64,000 bases of DNA from Mobula hypostoma (Eukaryota): assembly GCF_963921235.1 (NCBI RefSeq), contig NC_086097.1, forward strand, positions 252,590,001-252,654,000, given 5' to 3'. Under the pieces are notes generated by a model, which worked only from the letters and a program-made list of their open reading frames with translations, had not been told where the DNA came from and searched no databases. The translations under genes and the position numbers were made by a program. Position 1 is the first letter of the stretch, and the number at the start of each line of letters is the position of its first letter. Positions 35,630 through 47,909 of the stretch are shown piece after piece.

Positions 35630-38600
35630 AACATAGAATATAGAACATAGAAATCTACAACACATTACAGGCCCTTCGGCCCAGAATGTTGTGCCGACCA
35701 TGAAATCTACTCCAGAGACTGCCTAGAATTTCCCTACTGCATAGCCCTCTATTTTTTTAAGCTCCATGTACCTATCTAAAGGTCTCTTAAAGACTCTATT
35801 GCAGGGGTGGCCAACCTTTTACATTCCATGCATCAATTTTTTCACGCACGAGTTCAGATGCACCATACAACTCTTATACCCCCATTCAATTCTTGTAAAA
35901 ATATGTTAATACAGACACATTTAGCATTTTTACATGATATATTGATTTAATATAAAAACAAGATAAACATTACTTACCTTAATGAGACCTCTTTTAACAA
36001 ATATATTTTATCTTCTTTTGATTTCTTCCTTTTTCTTAATCACATATTCTTTCTGTATCTCAGACCCAGGCACTAGCTTCAGTTTTCCTTCTATTTCAGT
36101 CTGATGTTGTGTTTTATAGTGTCTATTAAGATCATGTCTTCTATTATGTGAGAAAGTGTTTTCACAAACAATGCACAATGGTTTTCCTGACGGATGCGCT
36201 ATAAATAAGAACTCATTTCCCTCTGTTCATTGAATTCATGTTTACTATCACTTTCTGCTTTTCTTTTGCACTGTCATGGGTAACTGAATGTAAAAACAAG
36301 GCTTAATTTTCGAAAAAATACAAAACTGCAGATGTTCACAAAGGAGGAACAAAGCACAACTCCATAGCGCACGAGTGTCAATTGTAAACTGGCTGGCAAA
36401 AACCTGCGACGCACCACTGGTGCAGACGCCTGGCGCCTCAGGATCAAACAACTATCAGACGTGTATTGAACAGTTATGGAACGACTGCAGAACAAAAGTC
36501 TTTCTTTCCTAGTTTGATTCATTGAGCATTTTTTAAAAAAATTGAAAACAGATTAATGTGAAAGAAAATAACATTCGCCAAAAGATGTGCACGAAACAAT
36601 AAAATCGCTAAAAATAATTGCTAAGTTTTAGATTTGTTCTCAGTGAAACCCATTTGTAGCTCTAAGCTACTTGAATTCCTGTTACAGATTTTTTTTCTAC
36701 AGATCAGTTTTTGGCTAATACTTTTTGCATGAGTAGGCTTACTTTTTTATTATTATCGCTGGGGTGCAATGCGCCACTTTTGGCGCATGCGCCATAGGTT
36801 GGCCATCCTGCTCTATTGTATCCACCTCCACCACCATTGCTGTCAGTGCATTCCATGCACCCACCACTCTCTGTGTGAAAAATGCACCCTGACATCTCCT
36901 CTGTATCTACTTCCAAGCATCTTGAAACTATGCCCTCTCAACTGAGCCATTTCAGCCCTGGGAAAAAGCCTCTGACTATCCACACGATCAATGCCTCTCA
37001 TCATCTTGTACACCTCTATCAGGTCACCTCTCATTCTCCACCGCTCCAAGGAGAAAAGGCCAAGTTTACTCAACCTATTCTCATAAGGCATGCTCCCCAA
37101 TCCAGGCAACATCCTTGTAAATCTCCTCTGCACTTTCTCTATAGTATCCACATCCTTCCTATAGTGAGGTGACCAGATCTGAACACAGTATTCCAAGAGG
37201 GTTCTAACCAAGGTCTTATATAGCTGTAACATTACCTCACGGCTCTTGAACTCAATTCCACAATGAAGGCCAACACACTATACGCCTTCTTAGCAACACT
37301 GTCAATCTGTGCAGCAGCTCTGAGTGTCCTCTGGACAGGGACTTCAAGAACTCTCTGATCCTCCACACTGCCAAGAGTTTTACCATTAATACTCTATTCT
37401 ACCACTTCGCTCTTATCTGGGTTGAAATCCATCTGTCACTTCTCAGCCCCCAGTACTACATCCTGTCAATGACCCACTGTAACCTCTGACAACCCTCCAG
37501 ACTATCCACAACACCCCCAACCTTTGTGTCATCAGCAAACTTACTAACCCACCCTTCAACTTCTTCATCCAGGTCATTTATAAAAATCACAAAAAGGAGG
37601 GGTCCCAGAACAGATCCCTGAGGCACACCACTGGTTACCGCCCTCCATGCAGAATACGAACCATCTACAACCACCCTTTGCCTTCTGTTGGCAAGCCAAT
37701 TCTGGGTCCACAAAGCAATGCCTCCTTGGATCCCATGCTTCCTTACTTTCTAAATAAGCCTTGCATGGGGATCCTGATCAAATGCCTTACTGAAATCCAT
37801 ATACACTACATCCACTGCGCTACCTTCATCAATGTGTTTTGTTACATCCTCAGATAATTCAATCATGCTTGTAAGCCATAACCTGCTCTTCTCAAAGCCA
37901 TGCTGACTATCCCTAATCAGATTATGTCTCTCCAAACACTCACAAAAACTGCCTCTCACAATCTTCTCCAACTGAAGTAAGACTCACTGGTCTATAATTT
38001 CCTGGGTTATCTCTACTCCCTTTCTTGAACAAGGGAACAACATTTTCTACCTTCCAATCCTCCGGTACTACTCTCATCCCTATTGATGATGCAAAGATCA
38101 TCGCCAGAGGCTCAGCAATCTCCTCCCTTGCTTCCCACAGTAGCCTGGGGTATATCTCATCTGGTTCCTGTGACTTATCTAACTTAATGCTTTTCAAAAG
38201 CTCCAGCACATACTCTTTCTTAATGTCTATATGCTCAAGCATTTCAGTCCGCTGTAAGTCATCCCCACAATTGCCACAGTCCTTTTCCCTGGTGAATACT
38301 GAAGCAAAGTATTCATTAAGTACCTGTGCTACCTTCTCCAACTCCATGCACAAATTCTCAGTATTGCACCTGATTGGTCCTATTCTCACACAGCTGATCC
38401 TCTTGCTCTTCACATACTTGTAGAATGCCTTGTGGTTTTCCTTAATCCTGCTCACAAAGGCCTTCTCATGAGCCTTTCTATCTCTCCTAATTTCATTATT
38501 GAGCTCCTTCCTGGCATCCTTGTAATTTTCTAAAGCTCTAACGGTACCTAGTTTCTTGAACCTTTCGTAAGCTTTTCTTTTCTTCTTAACTAGATTTTCT

Positions 38601-39035
38601 AAATCCATTTTGTACACCATGGTTCTTTTACCCAACCATCATTTCCCTGCCTCAATGGAACATACCTATGCATTTCCCTGAGAACATCTGCTCCCAATTT
38701 ATGCTCCCTATTTCCCAACTAGCAGCATCATATTTCCCCCTACCCCAATTAAATGATTTCCCAAATTGTCTGCTCCTACCCCTTTCCAGTGCTATGATAA
38801 AGTAAATAGAATTCTGGTCACTTCCTCCAAAACGCTCTCCCACCAAGAGATCTGACACCTGACCAGGTTCATTTCCTAATAGAGTACCAGATCAAGTACA
38901 ACCTCTCCTCTAGTTGGTTTATCTACATATTGTGTCAGGAAACCTTCCTGAACACACCTAACAAACTTCACCCCATCTAACCCCTTGTTCTAAGGAGATG
39001 CCAGTCAATATTAGGGAAGTTAAAATCTCCCATCA
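35630..39035 (-). mobile_element. CR1 LINE (partial EN plus RT plus tail), interrupted in its 3' end by a hAT
   Basis: ORFs 37940-38635, 37456-37713 and 36843-37232; (ttctatg)n tail at about 35630. Confidence 0.92.
35802..36810 (-). mobile_element. Non-autonomous hAT (Charlie/SPIN-like) DNA transposon, 1009 bp, with both TIRs and an 8-bp TSD
   Basis: TIRs caggggtggccaacct and aggttggccatcctg; TSD ctctattg at 35794-35801 and 36811-36818; disrupted Zn-finger EFLFIAHPSGKPLCIVCENTFSHNRRHDLNRHYKTQH. Confidence 0.92.
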
Positions 39036-39269
39036 CAAATATCTCTGAACATTAAATAATTGAGATGGGTTAGCGAGCACTGGGGAAATGGGATGATACA
39101 TGCTCGTATACAGGCTACAGAATTTTGAATGACTTCAAGTTAACAGACAGAAGGAAAAGGGAGACCAGGCAAACAACTGTTGGGAACTGTCAGATCTAGC
39201 AGAATAATTGATCGCATGTACATTGAAAAATACAGTGAAATGCGTTGTTTGCATCATATCAAATCAGAA

Positions 39270-39435
39270 GCTCAGTTCCAACTTTCAAGAGAAGTTTGGA
39301 TAGGTACATGGATGGTAGGGGGCATGGAGGACCATGGTCCGGGTGCAGGTCAATGGGAGTAGGCAGTTTAAATGGCTCGGCACAGACTAGATGGGCCAAA
39401 TGGCCTGTTTCTGTGCCCTACTTCTCTGTGACTGT
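39270..39435 (+). mobile_element. CR1 3' end
   Basis: TFKRSLDRYMD plus ggcctgtttctgtg tail. Confidence 0.8.
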
Positions 39436-39489
39436 AAGACCCTATAATAGCTTATTTCCAGAGCACTTTTTATATGAATGATGCAGTTC

Positions 39490-39740
39490 AATGTGCTATA
39501 CAATGGGATAAAGTGCAAACATAAAAATACAAGACAAAATGATGTTTGTTAAGAGCAAGGTTAAATAAATAGGTGTCAAGCTGGTGTTTAAAAGTGTCCG
39601 CTGAGTCTGCATCCTTTCTAGCTTTAGGTATTAAATTCCAAGGTTTAGGAGCATAGTTCCCAAAAACTGACCTGCTAATTATCTTTTGAGGGAGATTGTT
39701 TAAATTTAAGAGACTGGTGGAAGAAACCCTGAGAGCTCGA
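39490..39740 (-). mobile_element. L2-clade LINE 3' end
   Basis: SVFGNYAPKPWNLIP..DTFKHQLDTYLFNLALN, then gcactttatcc..tgaactgcat tail. Confidence 0.65.
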
Positions 39741-40099
39741 TATCTATATCTGCATATATTACAATTATAATATATTTTATGTACTGCTGCAGCAAAACCA
39801 CAGATTTCACGACATATGTCAGTGGTAAATCTCGATCTTGATTCAGAACTTACTGACACATTCAGACAACTCTCCTGCGTAAAGTCCAATACTGCATTAT
39901 TACCAGCTAGCTATCCTCTTACTCTGCTCCCAAAGCAGATTATCTCTGTGCCTGAGTTATTCCATGAATTTTAGAGAGCAGCTTTTGTGATTTTTTTTAT
40001 TCCTGTGCTTTGCAGTTCAGTGGTGCGTGTGAGATTTACTCTCTTCCAGGCCTGAACACCCAGTACGTGTCTGGAATGTGAGTTCACTTAGCACCACTT

Positions 40100-40425
40100 A
40101 CCAAATGCTGGAGGAACTCAGCAGGTCAGGCAGCATCTATGGAAATGAATAAACAGTTGATGTTTCAGGCTGAGACCCTTCATCAGGTCTGAAAAGGAAG
40201 AGGAAAGCTGCTAGGATATGAAGTGGGATAGGGGAAAGAGTACAAGCTGGCAGGTGATAGGTGAGACCAGGTGAGGGGGAAGATGAATGGGTGAGGAAGA
40301 GGGATGAAGTGAGAAGCTGGGAGGTGATAGGTGGAAAAGGTAAAGGGATGAAGAAGAAGGAATCTGATAGGAGAGGAGAGTGAACCAAGGAGAAAGGGAA
40401 GGAGTAGGGGAACCAGAGGGAGGTA
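40100..40425 (-). mobile_element. Penelope-like pseudo-LTR with a CpG-decayed hammerhead (40153-40190)
   Basis: Minus strand agac-CTGATGA-agggtctcagcct-GAAAC-atc-aact, preceded by a pyrimidine-rich tract. Confidence 0.75.
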
Positions 40426-41084
40426 ATATATAAAAACATAGAGAACATGCATTTGTTGTCAATAATTCCAGGAATAAATCAAATTACAAATTGTACACAA
40501 TAGTGCTCTAGGTTTTTTGTGCTCCTCCCTAAAATAGCTAATGGACTTTGCATATAGTTATATATTTAACACTTACGTAAATAGAATTTATTTATATAAT
40601 AAGCCTTAGGCATATATATTTAGCTAGGGTGCCTATGATTTTTGCACAGTACTGTAGTAATTTTATGTATTACACTGTACTGCTGCCACAACAAAACAAC
40701 AAATTTCATGATATATGTACGTGAAGATAAACCCGATCTGATATGGGTCTCTATCGTGGACTGCGAGTGGGAAGGGGGAAGGGAGAGGGGAGGGAGCGGG
40801 AAGCAGCAGAGAGACATTCTGTAATGATCAATAAACCAATTGTTTGGAATCAAATGATCTTGCCTGGGGTCTCAGGGCTGGGTGTGTCTGCACATACACC
40901 ACGGTCCCAGACACACCTTCTCCACCCTTCCTGCAGCACTCCATCTTCACCATTCCCAACATTCTTTGATCTGCCAGATTTACAAACTCATTCACCTCAC
41001 CATGTTGACAAATAAAGAATTGAGTAATTTGTTTATAATATTAACAATGGTTCCTTAAGGGTGTTATAGCTGGGGATGGTAATG

Positions 41085-41350
41085 ACCACACATGGGGAAG
41101 GCTTTGGGAGTAAACCTCGAGGGGAAAATCTGGAGCTGCAGTACTTAAGGCGACTGCATCAAGTTCAATGCTGACTAGTAACTCCTGCAACACTGCTGGT
41201 GCCAAACTGTATCGGTCCCTGCCGTTCCTTTGGGTTCATCAGATGCGTGGAGAGGGGGAGCTTGCTGCATGGGTAACAGCTTCCCTCCATATCGTACTGC
41301 CCAGGCTTGTGTATCTAGACAGCTAGGACACAATGACCGACAGAGGCCTT
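41085..41350 (+). mobile_element. RTE-derived non-autonomous element, 3' part (same family as 10012-10540)
   Basis: ggggaaggctttgggagtaaacc...ctggtgccaaactgtatcgg...tagacagctaggac. Confidence 0.7.
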
Positions 41351-41419
41351 AGATATTATTAATATATAAACTTAAAAATATATTCATTAAAAGTGTTTTT
41401 AATTTATTTGCAGATTAAG

Positions 41420-41575
41420 CACAGAACAGGCCCTTCTGGGCTGCCTAGCCACCCGCCGATTTAACCCTAGCCTAATCATGGGACAATTTATAATGACCAA
41501 TTAATCTGCTAATGGTACATCTTTGGACTGTGGGAGGAAATTGAAGCACCTGGAGAAAGCCCACGTGTTCATGGG
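41420..41575 (-). mobile_element. HE1-like V-SINE, 3' part
   Basis: Reverse complement of the V-domain and tail of 22790-22950. Confidence 0.75.
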
Positions 41576-41579
41576 AATA

Positions 41580-44500
41580 GACAGTAGACAGTAGACAATA
41601 GGTTCAGGAGTAGGCCATTCGGCCCTTTGAGCCAGCACCGCCATTCACTGTGATCATGGCTGATCATCCACAATCAGTATCCAGTTCCTGCCTTATCCCC
41701 ATAACCTTTGATTCCGCTATCTTTAAGAGCTCTATCTAACTCTTTCTTGAAAGCATCCAGAGAATTGGCCTCCACTGACTTCTGAGGCAGAGCATTCCAC
41801 AGATCCACAACTCTCTGGGTGAAAAAATTTTTCCTCAACTCCGTTCTAAATAGCCTACTCCTTATTCTCAAACTGTAGCCTCTGGTTCGGGACTCACCCA
41901 TCAGCAGGAACATGTTTCCGGCCTCTAGCGTGTCCAATCCCTTAATAATCTTATATGTTTCAATCAGATCCCCTCTCATCCTTCTAAATTTCAGTGTATA
42001 TAAGCCAAGTTGCTCCAATCTTTCAACATATGACAGTCCCACCATCCCGGGAATTAACCTTGTGAACCTCTGCTGCACTCCCTCAATAGCAAGAATGTCC
42101 TTCCTCAAATTTGGAGACCAAAACTGTACACAATATTCCAGGTGTGGTCTCACCAGGGCCCTATACAACTGCAGAAGGACCTCTTTGCTCCTATACTCAA
42201 CTCCCCTTGTTATGAAGGCCAGTGTGCCATTAGCTTTCTTCACTGCCTGCTGTACCTGTATGCTTACTTTCAGTGACTGATGAACAAGGACACCAAGATC
42301 TCATTGTACTTCCCCTTTTCCTAACTTGACACCATTCAGATAGTAATCTGCCTTCCTGTTCTTGCCACCAAAGTGGATAACCTCACATTTATCCACATTA
42401 AACTGCATCTGCCATGCATCTGCCCACTCACACAACCTGTCCAAGTCACCCTGTATTCTCGTAACATCCTCCTCACATTTCACACTGCCACCCAGCTTTG
42501 TGTCATCTGCAAATTTGCTAATGTTACTTTTAATCCCTTCATCTAAATCATTAATGTATATTGTAAATAGCTGCGGTCCCAGCACCGAGCCTTGCGGTAC
42601 CCCACTAGTCACTGCCTGCCATTCTGAAAGGGACCCGTTAATCACTACACTTTGTTTCCTGTCTGCCAACCAATTTTCTATTCATATCGGTACCCTACCC
42701 CCAATACCATGTGCTTCAATTTTGCCCACTAATCTCCTATGTGGGACTTTATCAAAGGCTTTTTGAAAGTCCAGGTGCACTACCTCCACTGGCTCTCCCT
42801 TGTCCATTTTCATAGTTACATCCTCAAAAAATTCCAGAAGATTAGTCAAGCACGATTTCCCCTTCGTAAATCCATGCTGACTCAGACAGATCCTGTTACT
42901 GCTATCCAAATATGCTGCTATTTCATCTTTTATAATTGACTCCAGCATCTTCCCCACCACTTACGTCAGGCTAGCCGGTTTATAATTCCCTGTTTTCTCT
43001 CTCCCTCTTTTCTTAAAAAGTGGGATAACGTTAGCTACCCTCCAATCCACAGAAACTGATCCTGAATTTATAGAACATTGGAAAATGATTACCAATGTGT
43101 CCATGATTTCTAGAACCACCTCCTTAAATACCCCGGGATGCAGACCATCAGGGCCTGGCGATTTATCAGCCTTCAGTCCCATCAGTCTACCCAACACCAT
43201 TTTCTGCCTAATGTGAATTTCCTTCAGTTCCTCCGTTACCCGAGGTCCACTGGCCACTATTACATCTGGAAGATTGTTTGTATCTTCCCTAGTGAAGTAC
43301 CTGTTCAACTTGTCTGCCATTTCCTTGTTCCCCATAATAAATTCACCCGCTTCTGTCCTCAAGGGCCCAACTTTGGTCTTAACTAATTTTTTCCTCTTCA
43401 CATAGCTAAAGAAGCTTTTACTATCCTCCTTTATATTCTTGGCTAGCTTACCTTTGTACCTCATTTTTTCTCCCTGTATTGCCTTTTTAGTTACCTTCTG
43501 TTGCTCTTTAAAAGTTTCCCAATCCTCTGGCTTCCCACTCATCTTTGCTATGTTATTCTTCTTTTCTTTATTTTTACACAGCCCTTGACTTCCCTTGTCA
43601 GCCACAGTTGCCCCCTTACTCCCCTTAGAATCTTTCTTCCTCTTTGGAATGAACAGATCCTACACCTTCTGTATTATTCCCAGAAATACCTGCCTTTGTT
43701 GTTCCACTGTCATCCCTGCTAGGGTATCTTTCCAGTCAACTTTGGCCAGCTCCTCCCTCATGGCTCCATAGTCCCCTTTGTTCAACTGTAATACTGACAC
43801 TTGCGATTTTCCCTTCTCCGTCTCACATTGTAGATTAAAACTTATCATATTATGGTCACTACCTCCTAATGGCTCCTTTACCTTGAGTTCCCTTATCAAA
43901 TCCGGTTCATTACACACCACTAAATCCAGAACTGCCTTCTCCCTGGTAGGTTCCAGTACAGGCTGCTCTAAGAATCCATCACGGAGGGACTCTACAAACT
44001 CCCTTTCTTGGGGTCCAGTACCAACCTGATTTTCCCAGTCTACCTGCATGTTGAAATCCCCCATAACAACTGTAGTATTACCTCTGTGACATGCCAATTT
44101 TAACTCTTGATTCAACTTGCACCCTGTATGCAGGTCCAAGTGGGTTACGGCATTGGACTAGCGACCTGAAGGTCATGAGTTCAAGCCCCAGCTGAGGCCG
44201 CGTGTTGTGTCCTTGAGCAAGGCACTTAATCACACAGTGCTCTGCGATGACACTGGTGCCAAGCTGTATCGGCCCTTGCCCTTCCCTTGGACAACATTGG
44301 TGTCATGGAGAGGGGAGACTTGCAGCATGGGCAACTGCTGGTCTTCCATACAACCTTGCCCAGGCCTGCGCCCTGGAGAGTGAAGACTTTCCAGGCGCAG
44401 ATCCATGGTCTCGCAAGACTAATGGATGCCTTTATGCTTTTTATGCTATATCCAGGCTAATGTTTGGGGGCCTGTAGATAACTCCCATTAGGGTTTTTCT

Positions 44501-45145
44501 ACCCTTACAATTTCTCAGTTCTATCCATACTGACTCTACATCTCCTGATTCTATGTCACCCATCGCAAGGGTCTGAATTTCATTCCTCACCAACAGAGCC
44601 ACTGCACCCCTTCTGCCCACCTGTCTGTCCTTTCGATAGGACGTATACTCTTGAATATTCATTTTCCAGCCCTGGTCCTCTTGCAGCCATGTCTCTGTTA
44701 TTCCTACTTGCCAATTTCCAACTGAGCCTCAAGCTCATCCACTTTATTTCTTATACTTCATGCATTCATATATAATACTTCTAATCCATTACTCCCCTCA
44801 CCTTTCACATCGATTCCTATTGCACTTGGCCATACTCTCCGATCCCTTCCTGAGCTTTCTGCCCCCGTTAATTCTGTTGTCTTTCTTAACTTTTCTTATT
44901 CTCTCTTTCCATTTATCTCCATCCTTATATTTCCAGTTCGTCTCCTCCCCCCACTGCTTAGTTTAAAACACACCCATCTAGCAGTGGCAAACCTGCCTGC
45001 CAGAATGCTGGTCCCCCGCCTGTTAAGGTGCAACCCGTCCCTTCTGTACAATTCATCCTTGCCCCAAAACAGATCCCAGTGGTCTAAGAATCTAAATCCC
45101 TGCTCCCCGCACCAGCTCCTCAGCCACACATTCAGATCCCCTAAG
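41580..45145 (-). mobile_element. CR1 LINE (3' ORF1 plus ORF2 plus tail), relatively young, with a SINE in the EN domain
   Basis: ORFs 43660-44139, 42961-43605, 42301-42669 and 41674-42243; FRFLDHW..DGLHLN (ORF1); (tgtctac)n tail. Confidence 0.95.
44133..44446 (+). mobile_element. tRNA-SINE with CORE-like segment and RTE-type tail (same family as 12597-12902)
   Basis: ccaagtgggtt...gagttcaagccc...tgtgtccttgagcaaggcacttaa...atggtctcgcaagactaatggatgcc. Confidence 0.85.
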
Positions 45146-45568
45146 TAAGTGTACAAACTTACTTACCGGAATTGAACTCCAAACTCCGATGCCCCATGCT
45201 GTAATAGCGTTGCACTAGTCACTACGCCTTACTTTTACCCCAAGAGTTTATTATTTTACAAAGTAGGAACAGAAAGAGTAAGAAATGGCATTTCACTCAG
45301 CTGTACAATGCATCCCATTGTGGGCTTTTCGCCAGCTGTTCCACTCCTCACTAATTGTATCAATTCTCCTTAATCAGCCTAAACTCCAGATTGCTTATCC
45401 ATGCTCAAAACACAATGGCTTTCTGCAAACAGGATTCCCTTCTTTTCCAACCCAGTAGCACTTGACCCAATCACATTTCACTAACTCTTTAATTATCGCT
45501 ACTCAGACTTAATGCTTCTCCTTTCCCATTTGTTGTGCGTGGGTGTAATTCCATCAGCGCAGCCTAGC

Positions 45569-45678
45569 CTCAGTGGCCACTTTATTAGGTATGTCTGTAC
45601 ACCTCCTCGCTTAATCAGCCAATCACATGGCAGCAACTCAGTGCAGAAGAGCATGCAGACATGGTCCAGAGGTTCAGT
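45569..45678 (+). mobile_element. Tc1 left end (same family as 8900-9314)
   Basis: ctcagtggccactttattaggta TIR. Confidence 0.7.
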
Positions 45679-45679
45679 G

Positions 45680-46068
45680 GAAGGGTGAGTTAGTAGGCTT
45701 GCGATGGTGGAGTTGTGGATAGTGCGGAGGTTTACAATGTGACATTGGTACGATGCAGAGCTGGGCTGAGAAGCGGCAGATGGAGCTCAACCTGAAAAAG
45801 TGTAAAGCAATTCACTTTGGAAAGTCGAATTTGAAGGCAGAATGTAGGGTTAATGGCAAGATTCTTAGCAAGGTGGAGGAACAGAGGGATCTTGTGGTCC
45901 ATGTCCAGAGATCCCTCAAATTGCTGTGCAAATTGATAGGGTGGTTAGGAAGGCATTTGGTGTGTCGGCCTTCAGTAGTTGGGGGATTGAGTTCAAAAAA
46001 CACAAGGTAATTTTGCAGATCTGTAAAAGCTTGGTTAGCCCACACTTGAAGTATTGTGTGCACTTCTG
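45680..46068 (+). mobile_element. CR1 RT/C-terminal fragment, old
   Basis: MQSWAEKRQMELN..KCKAIHFG..EEQRDL. Confidence 0.8.
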
Positions 46069-47223
46069 AAAAATTTATTTTTATTTACCCTTAGTTTGCT
46101 AAAATGCAGCTCAATCCACTTTACGTCACAATCCTAATATTGCTCTATTCAAAACTTGAAACTTCATATAAAAACCAGGGCTATTAATTTCTGGCCCCTC
46201 GGCCTGATTCTTCCTATTAGCTGTTCAGGCAAGGCCACTTGCAGCCTTGTTGAACTTTGGACCTATATTTAATGCAGCACAATTGTGTTGTTTCTGAGAC
46301 CGTCCGAGTATTTAAAACTAAACAGTACAATAAGTACTTACATTTCAGCTTTCTTTTATTTTCCGAACTTCCTGAAATATTAAAACTGCCCAACACACTA
46401 GCCCTGTACTCAAGAGAAAGATTTCCCCAAAGGTCCAGCCAGTAACAACAGAGTAATACAATATTTCTCAAAAGATAAACTTGGTTTTCAGCTCACTCCC
46501 ATCATATCCACAGACATAAAGTGAAATAACGAGAGGTTGGTTGGAGCAGTTTGACAGTACAAAGAAAATGATGGTCAGAGTGAGCAGCTGTCACGATCTG
46601 AGATGATTAAGTGAAGACAGAAGGTCAGTCTCAGTTTACTTCTCTCAGTTGATAGATCAAAGTTATCCTTTCAGTTTGAAAAATTGCTGAATGAAAGTTA
46701 TCAAAAACAATGCTTTTTCAAATAGGATCAATTCCTTTTTATTGGTGTTCCACATACTGATTATATTTTGCATGTTTGCCAACATTGGCCATATTTAAAT
46801 ATCTACAAAGGATCAGATACTCAGCTTTATTGTTTGGAAATTCTTACTGGTACAATTACTAACATTGTGTATGCTTCCTGTCAGCTGAACGCTCAAAATT
46901 ACTACAAGGGATTTAAAGTTAACCAAGTGAACTCTGGTGCTTAATGGGCATAATCAGGATTTGTCAGAAAATCTGACTGTTATGAATATTTGAGGAGGTA
47001 GGGGGTAATAATCCTGCAATGAAGTTGGACCACTGGGTAAGTGTCAGTGGTCGAAACTCTTGTCACTGAGTCAAAGGGCTATGGAGTCCCACTTCAGAAA
47101 TAAAATTGATTTAGGCTGAGAATTAAGAGTACTTGCAAACTTACAAAGATGCAGTAATTCATGTGAGACTTAAACCTTGGTACATATAAATCACCAGATA
47201 TAACCCTGAGATTTATTTCTTGT

Positions 47224-47638
47224 CGTCGTCGTGGCTATCCCTCGAGGTCGAGGATGATGGTTTTCGTTCTGAAGTGGCCTACAGAGTGAAGACGCCTGTG
47301 CGTGTATTTGTTTAACGTGTACTTGATGTTGCACTCCAAGAAGCACACGATACTTCACAAATCAACCAACTGATTCCAATGGCACGGAAACCACGACGAT
47401 TGGAGCTGATGGATTTGTTGCAGCCTTCATCCGTCTTCACAGCCGTTGAGTTCGAAGTAACTTCGTCCGCCTGTTCCACCATTGAGGTCTTGGTTGGATT
47501 GTTCTTTGTCAGGTACCTCGCCCTTGACCTTACCGCCATGGGTGACCCTACCAGGAGCATAGCTCCAGACGGCATCGCTCTGGGGATCTCAGGACCACAC
47601 AAGCTTCTCCACCACGACAAGGTGACAATCCACGGGGA
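47224..47638 (-). mobile_element. 415-bp bipartite RTE-derived non-autonomous element (RTE 5'UTR plus RTE tail) with a 9-bp TSD
   Basis: 5' caccttgtcgtggtgg..ggtagggtcacccatggc..ctgacaaag, resembling Rex3/Expander/BovB 5'UTRs from memory; 3' ccatcatcctcgacctcgagggatagcc(acg)n; atttcttgt at 47215-47223 and 47639-47647. Confidence 0.85.
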
Positions 47639-47685
47639 ATTTCTTGTAGTCATTACAGGAAAAACAAAACAATCAATGAAAGACC

Positions 47686-47733
<48 letters not shown>
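47686..47733. repeat. (TAA)16 microsatellite
   Basis: Perfect trinucleotide run; explains the poly-Ile in ORF 47379-47786. Confidence 0.97.
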
Positions 47734-47736
<3 letters not shown>

Positions 47737-47909
47737 TTTTATTGATTCTGAGTTGGACATTCTTTTATTACAACGGCAACATTTAAAAACACACTTTAAA
47801 AACACCATTTAAAAAGTGTGCAGCCATAACTAATAATAAAGTACACAATAATAATATATACAAAAATAATTTACCAATGTGCAATACTGTGCAATAAAAG
47901 ATGAAAGAT

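Noticed and set aside
46885..47042. Exon between cctgtcag and the donor gg|gtaagt
   Set aside because: All frames contain stops
47379..47786. ORF with a poly-Ile hydrophobic tail
   Set aside because: Antisense of the RTE-derived element running into a (TAA)16 microsatellite
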